This document shows positions 19,048-24,761 of a DNA stretch of 64,000 nt, piece after piece (within the stretch, counting starts at the first letter, position 1; each line of letters starts with the position of its first letter). A model generated the notes under the pieces. The model searched no databases. It saw only the letters and a list, made by a program, of their open reading frames with translations, and was not told where the DNA came from. Location of the stretch: positions 1 to 64,000 of IMG/VR virus record IMGVR_UViG_3300016476_000256, one strand, 5' to 3'. Source of the stretch: a virus. The position numbers and the translations under genes are program-made.

Positions 19048-19138
19048 CCGGACGGGATACTTTTGTCTTAGTAAGCTTTGTTGTTAGTTCTTTTATTTTT
19101 GCCATGATATATTATTTAGTACTATATAATATACTAAA

Positions 19139-19336
19139 TTATTTAATCACTCTATTAAAAGTTATATTACTTTTTGCGCGTATGTCTTTATGAGTATACT
19201 GCCAGAACTCACCTGTTTCATTTATTATCACAGTGTATATAGTATCTGTTTCATGCCCATAGTCAGTAACTAACCAAATAACCCCCGGGCCTTTTGGTGT
19301 AATAACTTCTATTCTATTAGTAGGTTCATAGATCAT
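19139..19336 (-). CDS. hypothetical protein
   Basis: 65-aa ORF. ATGA overlap with the upstream gene. Confidence 0.5.
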   Translation of the reverse strand: MIYEPTNRIEVITPKGPGVIWLVTDYGHETDTIYTVIINETGEFWQYTHKDIRAKSNITFNRVIK

Positions 19337-20001
19337 GGTAGTTCCATTTTAATTTTTTCATCCCGTTCTACTAATGTCTTATATAACTCTATATCTGTTG
19401 ACCATTCCCTACCTGTCCAAAACTCAAACCCAGAGTAGTTAGATTTATATAAACAACACTGCTCATACCCACCCAACAAATATATATATTCACAGCCTAA
19501 TATTCTAGCTGTTTCACATTCATACATTTGAGCTACAGTACCCAGTGATAATTTAGGATTAGTATAATCCCATATAAACTGGTATGCTACAAATTGATCA
19601 TTGAATGTTTTGTATAAACTAATCCCTATCAAATCTCCATCCCAGTATTCTATAACAGAGCAATCTTCAAATGATGATAAACTAATATCCCGTTTAAACC
19701 CATGATAGTCACAATACTTCTCATACAGTTCAGAATACTTTTCTCTTTCAGCAGATACATTACCTGCTTGAACTATAACTCTCTTTGATAATTTCTTAGT
19801 TGTCTTTGATGGGGAGTACTTAGATAAATCAATCCGGGTACTTCTTTCATTATACCATTTCCCCTCCCAGGGAATCCATCCTTGTTTAAGTGCGTCTGTA
19901 GAAGATTCATTTTCTTCTAGTATACCATAAGCACAATTGACTATAACTTCTAGATCACTTACTTTACCAAAACCATTAATGTGATCAAAGTAGACTTTCA
20001 C
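19333..20001 (-). CDS. aminoacyl-tRNA-protein transferase-like protein (Bpt/ATE C-terminal family)
   Basis: STRIDLSKYSPSKTTKKLSKRV and GDLIGISLY...PKLSLGTVAQ...YIYLLGGYEQCCLYKSNYSGFEFWTGREW align by eye with the Bpt/ATE core (..RI.....S.SQKRL..K ; L.AV...D...SLGT....YLYLGY...C..M.YK..F.....W). Confidence 0.6.
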   Translation of the reverse strand: MKVYFDHINGFGKVSDLEVIVNCAYGILEENESSTDALKQGWIPWEGKWYNERSTRIDLSKYSPSKTTKKLSKRVIVQAGNVSAEREKYSELYEKYCDYHGFKRDISLSSFEDCSVIEYWDGDLIGISLYKTFNDQFVAYQFIWDYTNPKLSLGTVAQMYECETARILGCEYIYLLGGYEQCCLYKSNYSGFEFWTGREWSTDIELYKTLVERDEKIKMELP

Positions 20002-20444
20002 TTTCTAGAGAAGAAGTTTTTCTTTGGTGTTTCTACCTTAGTATCTTTAAGTTTCTCAATGATCTTATTAGCTTGTTCTTCAGCAAAGCCAATAACCTCT
20101 TCTTCCTTGTCTTTGATATTCCAATTATTTAATAGAATACTCATGTGCATAGTTTCATGCATAATAGCTGTGGCTTTCTCTGTAGTTGAATACCTCTTGA
20201 AAGTACCCATGTTCAAAAACAAGAAAGGTTTGTATGGATCTTTTGCTGTTAACTTCTTATCAGCGGGATCATAGTTAGTTAAACCATACATATAAACCCC
20301 ATTACCTTTAGTCTTATCTACTTCTTCAGCTTGTGCATCTGCTCTATTCAAGCCATGCATCTCTGGAACTTTGTAGTAATCAAAGATCTCGGTAGCATCA
20401 TTACCAATGAGCAGAATATACTTACCCATGTCAAACTTCTTCAT
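19998..20444 (-). CDS. small HExxH-motif protein (possible metallopeptidase fold)
   Basis: 148 aa with AIMHETMHMS. ATGA overlap with the transferase-like gene. Confidence 0.4.
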   Translation of the reverse strand: MKKFDMGKYILLIGNDATEIFDYYKVPEMHGLNRADAQAEEVDKTKGNGVYMYGLTNYDPADKKLTAKDPYKPFLFLNMGTFKRYSTTEKATAIMHETMHMSILLNNWNIKDKEEEVIGFAEEQANKIIEKLKDTKVETPKKNFFSRK

Positions 20445-20459
20445 ATACTAATATACAAA

Positions 20460-20591
20460 TTATTTTCCAAACTTTGTATTACTATAAGCATCACACTTTT
20501 GGGTAGACTTGCACCCAGTCATAAGATACCCTATAGCCAGACCTACACATAAAGCAAATATATATAGGCAAAATAGTTTACACTTTTCCAT
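20460..20591 (-). CDS. small lipoprotein (43 aa) with CDAY motif
   Basis: Hand-translated as MEKCKLFCLYIFALCVGLAIGYLMTGCKSTQKCDAYSNTKFGK. Signal peptide plus lipobox LMTGC. A paralogous motif occurs at 25106..25249. Confidence 0.5.
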   Translation of the reverse strand: MEKCKLFCLYIFALCVGLAIGYLMTGCKSTQKCDAYSNTKFGK

Positions 20592-20695
20592 GTAGCAAAT
20601 ATAATAAAATAACAAAGGCCCGGGCTTTCAACTCCAGACCTTTGCCATTGTTTATGTTAGCGTGACAAATATACAACTGTATTTGGATATTCCAA

Positions 20696-20783
20696 ACGGG
20701 GGTGAAAATATTTTATATTAGAGGTGGTGTGGGATCATGCTACAGACACCCCCGGGGGGCCAAGCCAAGCGGTGCTACCCCCC
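20696..20783. other. GC-rich twin hairpin in the divergent intergenic region
   Basis: CGGGGGTG (20697-20704) is complementary to CACCCCCG (20747-20754). GGGGGG (20754-20759) is complementary to CCCCCC (20778-20783). CCCCCGGGGGG palindrome and CCAAG x2. Stands out in an AT-rich genome. Confidence 0.5.
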
Positions 20784-20987
20784 ATGAATCTGAGGCAGCA
20801 ATGTCATATTCTAGGTGCAAAACAAAAAAATATTCTACCAGGAAAAAGATGTAACCCACAGATGCATGGCTATCACATGTGCTATGTGTTACATATACTA
20901 TAGTACTATACAGCTTATGTGTTATGTGTAGTGTATGCTTGCTGCTGTGCTACATCATCTAGTATCTAGTACATACTATATATACAG

Positions 20988-21005
20988 GTACTGTGTCATA
21001 CTATT
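20988..21005 (+). promoter_or_regulatory. early promoter-like motif, copy 1 (GTACTGTGTCATACTATT)
   Basis: Core starts 41 nt upstream of the ATG at 21029. Followed by the conserved leader AACCATTAAA..ATTTA. Confidence 0.6.
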
Positions 21006-21028
21006 CATAACCATTAAATACATTTACC

Positions 21029-21217
21029 ATGAAGTTTTACTATGCAACTATTACAGATTACTCAGGAAAAGAAGTACTCACATTGCAATACACTGCTACT
21101 GCTAAACATGCAGCATTCTTAGCAAAGCAATACATAGACTACTGCCCACCTGCTGCTGGCTTTAAGATCCGCATGATGATACTCAAAGCTACTGATATTG
21201 TTAGGCTCCTAAACTAG
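21029..21217 (+). CDS. hypothetical early protein
   Basis: 62-aa ORF behind motif copy 1. Confidence 0.55.
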   Translation: MKFYYATITDYSGKEVLTLQYTATAKHAAFLAKQYIDYCPPAAGFKIRMMILKATDIVRLLN

Positions 21218-21235
21218 GGGCTTAACAATGTTATG

Positions 21236-21253
21236 GTACTGTGCTTTACTACT
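21236..21253 (+). promoter_or_regulatory. early promoter-like motif, copy 2 (GTACTGTGCTTTACTACT)
   Basis: Core starts 40 nt upstream of the ATG at 21276. Confidence 0.55.
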
Positions 21254-21275
21254 AATAACTATTAAATTTATTCTT

Positions 21276-21461
21276 ATGGAAACAACTGTAATTTGTGATT
21301 ATTCTAATTCTCATGATGTCCTAACAAAAGAAGAAATTCTTTTACTTCACATCTTTGAGTATGGTGGACCTGGTATACATGAAGAACCAATTGAGTTTTG
21401 GGAACCAAGGAGTTGGGAAAACCCAAGGTACTATGTTGAAGAAGATGAGCTGCCTTGTTAA
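21276..21461 (+). CDS. hypothetical early protein
   Basis: 61 aa (METTVICDYSNSHD...). Start moved from 21228, because the longer ORF would include the promoter motif and leader. Confidence 0.5.
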   Translation: METTVICDYSNSHDVLTKEEILLLHIFEYGGPGIHEEPIEFWEPRSWENPRYYVEEDELPC

Positions 21462-21476
21462 GGTGGCTCTTGTTTA
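21447..21476 (+). terminator. hairpin terminator candidate
   Basis: GAGCUGCC/GGUGGCUC stem (8 bp including 2 G-U pairs), then TTGTTTAT. Overlaps the stop codon. Confidence 0.4.
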
Positions 21477-21481
21477 TACAG

Positions 21482-21499
21482 GTACTGTGTTATACTACT
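21482..21499 (+). promoter_or_regulatory. early promoter-like motif, copy 3 (GTACTGTGTTATACTACT)
   Basis: Core starts 41 nt upstream of the ATG at 21523. Confidence 0.6.
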
Positions 21500-21522
21500 A
21501 ATAACCATTTAAATTATTTATC

Positions 21523-21672
21523 ATGAAAAATTTTAAGCACTATGCACTTGCTGTTGTATCTATGGGTTGTATAACAGGTTTACTTATTTCTATGGGATCT
21601 CAGATCTTATTAGCTATGGGAGTTATGTCATTATTTTGGGCGGGAATGTTTGCACCAATGTTAGGGGATTAA
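21523..21672 (+). CDS. small membrane protein (49 aa)
   Basis: Hand-translated as MKNFKHYALAVVSMGCITGLLISMGSQILLAMGVMSLFWAGMFAPMLGD. Not in the track because it is under 60 aa. Confidence 0.5.
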   Translation: MKNFKHYALAVVSMGCITGLLISMGSQILLAMGVMSLFWAGMFAPMLGD

Positions 21673-21686
21673 GTTCCCCTTTTGTT
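21663..21686 (+). terminator. intrinsic terminator
   Basis: AGGGGA/TCCCCT stem, then TTTGTT. Confidence 0.55.
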
Positions 21687-21689
21687 ATT

Positions 21690-21707
21690 GTACTGTGTTA
21701 TACTATT
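21690..21707 (+). promoter_or_regulatory. early promoter-like motif, copy 4 (GTACTGTGTTATACTATT)
   Basis: Core starts 42 nt upstream of the ATG at 21732. Confidence 0.6.
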
Positions 21708-21731
21708 CTTAAACCATTAAAACTATTTACT

Positions 21732-21956
21732 ATGGATTATTTAAAACACGCTGCGTTTATTTGTATTAGCTTTGAAGAACAATCTGTTTATCCACCTTAT
21801 GGAATAAATGACTGTAATGGAAAGTTAGAGTGTACAGACCCTAATAAATACATTCAAAGAATTGCAAAAGAAATACAAGATGCACATGAGCAAGGTTTTG
21901 AGAAACTAATTATCAAGTGGAACACTGTTAGGGGTCTACATGTAATAGGGGAGTAA
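21732..21956 (+). CDS. hypothetical early protein
   Basis: 74 aa (MDYLKHAAFICISFEEQ...). Start moved from 21567 for the same reason as above. Confidence 0.55.
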   Translation: MDYLKHAAFICISFEEQSVYPPYGINDCNGKLECTDPNKYIQRIAKEIQDAHEQGFEKLIIKWNTVRGLHVIGE

Positions 21957-21967
21957 TCCCCTTTTTT
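21947..21967 (+). terminator. intrinsic terminator
   Basis: AGGGGA-GTAA-TCCCCT (6-bp stem, GNRA-type loop), then TTTTTT. Confidence 0.65.
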
Positions 21968-21975
21968 AAATACAG

Positions 21976-21993
21976 GTACTGTGTCTTACTATT
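21976..21993 (+). promoter_or_regulatory. early promoter-like motif, copy 5 (GTACTGTGTCTTACTATT)
   Basis: Core starts 42 nt upstream of the ATG at 22018. Confidence 0.6.
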
Positions 21994-22017
21994 ATTGAAC
22001 CATTAAAAGTATTTATT

Positions 22018-22179
22018 ATGTTAGTAGAAATGATTATTGCACAAATCAGAGCAGAACTTATTAAAGCAAAACAAAAACCGGATACCAAGTATCTTAACTC
22101 ATTAAAGCAGTTAAAGAGAAAGGACTTGTATGTTTTGCTAGATTCCTATAAACAGGAGAACAAGCTTATGGTTGATTAA
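22018..22179 (+). CDS. hypothetical early protein (53 aa)
   Basis: Hand-translated as MLVEMIIAQIRAELIKAKQKPDTKYLNSLKQLKRKDLYVLLDSYKQENKLMVD. Confidence 0.5.
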   Translation: MLVEMIIAQIRAELIKAKQKPDTKYLNSLKQLKRKDLYVLLDSYKQENKLMVD

Positions 22180-22200
22180 GGGGGAAACCCCTTTTTTCTT
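22178..22200 (+). terminator. intrinsic terminator
   Basis: AAGGGG-GAAA-CCCCTT hairpin, then TTTTTCTT. Confidence 0.65.
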
Positions 22201-22209
22201 TTAATACAT

Positions 22210-22227
22210 GTACTGTGTCTTACTAAT
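22210..22227 (+). promoter_or_regulatory. early promoter-like motif, copy 6 (GTACTGTGTCTTACTAAT)
   Basis: Core starts 33 nt upstream of the ATG at 22243 (shorter leader). Confidence 0.55.
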
Positions 22228-22242
22228 CTTAAAATTAAAACT

Positions 22243-22425
22243 ATGATTGCAAAACTTATTTTCACTTGGTACCTAATTACAGGTACAGTTCAACCTATTG
22301 ACAATGTTGATGGAAGAACAATCTATGCTATGCCTGATTCTAATATAGAGTATGCTTATGAAGCAGAACTTATAGAGTATATAGAGACAGGCACATTTGA
22401 GTACAATGAAGACTTGGAGGATTAA
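22243..22425 (+). CDS. hypothetical early protein
   Basis: 60-aa ORF behind motif copy 6. Confidence 0.55.
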   Translation: MIAKLIFTWYLITGTVQPIDNVDGRTIYAMPDSNIEYAYEAELIEYIETGTFEYNEDLED

Positions 22426-22438
22426 TTCCTCTGAGTCT

Positions 22439-22456
22439 GTACTGTGTCTTACTACT
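22439..22456 (+). promoter_or_regulatory. early promoter-like motif, copy 7 (GTACTGTGTCTTACTACT)
   Basis: Core starts 42 nt upstream of the ATG at 22481. Confidence 0.6.
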
Positions 22457-22480
22457 GTTAAATAATTAAACCTAAATATT

Positions 22481-22630
22481 ATGGAAGAACAAATATGTAC
22501 ATATTGTGGAGTAGGAGAATTAGAAACCTACTATGATGACTGGACTGATAGTTACTTTACAGAGCAAGTCTGCCAAGGTTGTTTAGCAGAGGACTATTAT
22601 GAAAGCTTAAATGAAAGTAAAGGGGAGTAA
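22481..22630 (+). CDS. small CxxC..CxxC protein (49 aa)
   Basis: Hand-translated as MEEQICTYCGVGELETYYDDWTDSYFTEQVCQGCLAEDYYESLNESKGE. Two CxxC pairs suggest a zinc ribbon. Confidence 0.5.
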   Translation: MEEQICTYCGVGELETYYDDWTDSYFTEQVCQGCLAEDYYESLNESKGE

Positions 22631-22648
22631 TATCCCCTTTTTCTTTTT
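22621..22648 (+). terminator. intrinsic terminator
   Basis: AGGGGA-GTAATA-TCCCCT hairpin, then TTTTCTTTTT. Confidence 0.65.
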
Positions 22649-22741
22649 ATCCACACGGTGGAGCAAGTAGACTTTAGTGCTGATAATCAGGTAGTTAGAA
22701 AATGTAATGTTTTACCCAAAATACCTCCACACTAGTCCACC
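22647..22741. promoter_or_regulatory. DnaA-box-like cluster
   Basis: Perfect TTATCCACA at 22647-22655, plus ACCTCCACA (22723-22731) and TAGTCCACC (22733-22741), in a ~140-nt non-coding gap. Confidence 0.3.
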
Positions 22742-22770
22742 ACACTTAAGAGGCTTTGCCGTCTTTTTTT

Positions 22771-22788
22771 GTACTGTGTTCTACTACT
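22771..22788 (+). promoter_or_regulatory. early promoter-like motif, copy 8 (GTACTGTGTTCTACTACT)
   Basis: Core starts 57 nt upstream of the ATG at 22828. Its flanks are similar to those of copy 9. Confidence 0.55.
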
Positions 22789-22827
22789 ATTGTTGTTTTA
22801 TTTATTAACCCATTAAAATTTATTAAA

Positions 22828-23115
22828 ATGGAAAAAATTGTAAGTGGTATTTTGGTTTCTTGTTCTGACAATTCTAAACCTAATGTTAACGGTACAATGT
22901 ACCATAACTGTACTGTTGAGCACAACGGGGAACAGTACAGTGCTGTTATGTATGCTACTGTGTATGACCGTGGCATTGCTGTTGGTAGCACAGTTAACTT
23001 CAGTGTTAAAGTTACCAATCCTGAAACAGGTGATGTTATATTATCTGTGTTAGGTACAGGTGCTAAACGCGCTACTGCAGGTGCATTTGGCATTGAAATT
23101 CCTGCTACTGTATAG
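22828..23115 (+). CDS. hypothetical early protein
   Basis: 95 aa (MEKIVSGILVSCSDNSKPNVNG...). Start moved from 22756. Confidence 0.6.
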   Translation: MEKIVSGILVSCSDNSKPNVNGTMYHNCTVEHNGEQYSAVMYATVYDRGIAVGSTVNFSVKVTNPETGDVILSVLGTGAKRATAGAFGIEIPATV

Positions 23116-23128
23116 TAGGGTTCAACAA

Positions 23129-23165
23129 ACAGGGTATGTCTACAAAGGCATACTCTGTTTTTTTG
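23129..23165 (+). terminator. strong intrinsic terminator
   Basis: 12-bp stem 23129-23140/23147-23158 (2 G-U pairs), loop TACAAA, then a T-run at 23158-23165. Confidence 0.75.
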
Positions 23166-23194
23166 TTTAATACAAGAGCTTCGCGTCTTTCTTG

Positions 23195-23212
23195 GTACTG
23201 TGTTTTACTCCT
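23195..23212 (+). promoter_or_regulatory. early promoter-like motif, copy 9 (GTACTGTGTTTTACTCCT), no ORF behind it
   Basis: Same core and flanks as copy 8. The next ~170 nt contain no ORF, but they do contain the direct repeat GTTAAC(A)CCGGTC twice (23223-23235 and 23244-23255). Confidence 0.45.
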
Positions 23213-23364
23213 CTTGTTGTTAGTTAACACCGGTCTACAACCTGTTAACCCGGTCAACACTTGTAAAACTTATGAATTAAAATAAATTCCGAAATAAGTT
23301 TGTTTAAATAAGTGTATGTAACTAACTGATTATTAACCCCACTTATTATCCTTACTTAATTATC

Positions 23365-23382
23365 CTACTGTATTTTACTATA
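23365..23382 (+). promoter_or_regulatory. early promoter-like motif, copy 10, variant (CTACTGTATTTTACTATA)
   Basis: Degenerate copy, 72 nt upstream of the ATG at 23437. Confidence 0.4.
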
Positions 23383-23436
23383 CTAGTATAGTATAGTTAA
23401 GGATTTTATATAGCTAACCCTTTAATCTTATTACTT

Positions 23437-23664
23437 ATGCATAGAGCTACTTACTTCCTATATGGAGTACTATTCAGTCTTATACTATATACTGTGTTTT
23501 ACTCTATAAGAAAGACAGATAGAAAGACTCCGGTCAAAGGTATAGACCGAGAATATTATTTAGAAGTTTCCCAAGATAGTATTTGGGTTGAATCTAGATA
23601 TGGAAAAATTTACAGTGGTAAGTATTCAGACTTAGACAGTCTTATTACCATTGATAACTTGTAA
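23437..23664 (+). CDS. small membrane protein
   Basis: 75 aa with an N-terminal TM helix (YFLYGVLFSLILYTVFYSI). Confidence 0.5.
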   Translation: MHRATYFLYGVLFSLILYTVFYSIRKTDRKTPVKGIDREYYLEVSQDSIWVESRYGKIYSGKYSDLDSLITIDNL

Positions 23665-24412
23665 TTAATTGCAATATAGTTTCTAACAGCCAGTAATGGT
23701 CATCCGAAGGTAGAGCTATAAGTTGAGAAGGATATACTTATCTAGGTATTGCAATTATTTATCCTGAGCATGATATAAAACTGCTCTTATTATTCTAAAA
23801 TTCTAGTTATAATTAACTGGTAATATGACAGCTTAGACAACTGTATTCCTATACTAGATAGGTTCTTATTGCTCACGCTAGTGACTTGCGTGTAATAAAT
23901 TAAGACTGTCTTATGATATATATAGAGTTACCTGGAATATGGTTGCACGGCTTGTTGGTACATCGTGTGTAAAAGAAAACAACCTTCTATGGGATGAAGT
24001 CCTACACCTAAGCAAGTGTTTAAACTGCTTTTATTTACTCTCATCCAAGCAGGATGTATATTCTATGATTGTTTTCCAAAGAATAACATTGGTTATATAT
24101 CTACCCATGACTTATGATGTCCGGAGGGTGTGTATATCAAGGGTTGCAACCTTGTGAGAGTATTATTAATGCACCATTCCTGATTCCCAAGGTCAGGCAG
24201 TTGTAGAAAATATAGCGGGTCTGAATTAACAGACTACATTGCTGAAAGCTGAGAGGTTACTAAAGTACACAGTGTAAAATAAAACACCTCGCTATTAGTA
24301 TATTACAAGTTACTTAATCCTTAAAAGGAAGATAATTGGAATATACACTACAACTGAGTGCAGAGGGGTATTTAACTTATAGAAACTTAATTATTAACTC
24401 AAAACTAAACTT
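23665..24412 (+). other. region without a credible ORF, locally GC-enriched; candidate structured RNA or origin
   Basis: About 750 nt with only one atypical 72-aa ORF. Several local hairpins (24042-24056, 24179-24197, 24219-24234). Long-range complementarities: 23666-23676/23747-23757 (11 bp) and 24198-24206/24348-24356 (9 bp). Bipartite motif TTATGAT-N23-GGTTGCA occurs twice, 201 nt apart. Confidence 0.3.
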
Positions 24413-24715
24413 ATGAAAAAGGTATACATTGTTTTTTTAACATACATTCATGATGTAGATGATTACGATTGTCAACCTAAACCTAGCATAGTAGGTGTTT
24501 ATAGCACCGAAGAACTTGCCAAGCAAAAAATTGCTGATATAGTAAGCTCTACTAAAGAAGAAAAAATTCTTAGTTATGATGAGTATATATCAGAACTTGG
24601 TGATGGTTACGGTGAGATAGACTATAGTAACTACTTGTATGATATGAGAGATACTAGTAGTAGTAGTTATCACTATGAAGAATGGTCAGTACTAGAAAAG
24701 TGGGATGAAAAATAG
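24413..24715 (+). CDS. hypothetical acidic protein
   Basis: 100-aa ORF. First gene after the ORF-free region. Confidence 0.6.
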   Translation: MKKVYIVFLTYIHDVDDYDCQPKPSIVGVYSTEELAKQKIADIVSSTKEEKILSYDEYISELGDGYGEIDYSNYLYDMRDTSSSSYHYEEWSVLEKWDEK

Positions 24716-24761
24716 TAATCCCACTAATTATCTTGATTATTAACTATTTAAAATTACACTT

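Noticed and set aside
20596-20603. TATATTTG (-7-like box, minus strand) just upstream of the mini-lipoprotein ORF.
   Set aside because: The box ends only 4 nt before the ATG, and no well-spaced TTG lies upstream. It would require a leaderless transcript. Not reported as a promoter.
22746-23093. Minus-strand 115-aa ORF, and plus-strand 22844..23053, overlapping 22828..23115.
   Set aside because: The plus-strand frame starting at 22828 sits at the correct distance behind a promoter-motif copy and ends at a strong terminator. The others have no such context.
20988-23382. Whether the regularly spaced repeats could be a CRISPR array.
   Set aside because: The repeats are only 16-18 nt and imperfect. 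They are separated by 200-330 nt segments that encode proteins and terminators. No cas genes are present.
23939-24157. 72-aa ORF inside the ORF-free region.
   Set aside because: Its amino-acid composition (Cys/Leu/Val-rich, few Lys/Glu/Asp/Asn) and CGG Arg codons are unlike all other genes here. It has no promoter motif and no tight packing. The region is treated as non-coding.
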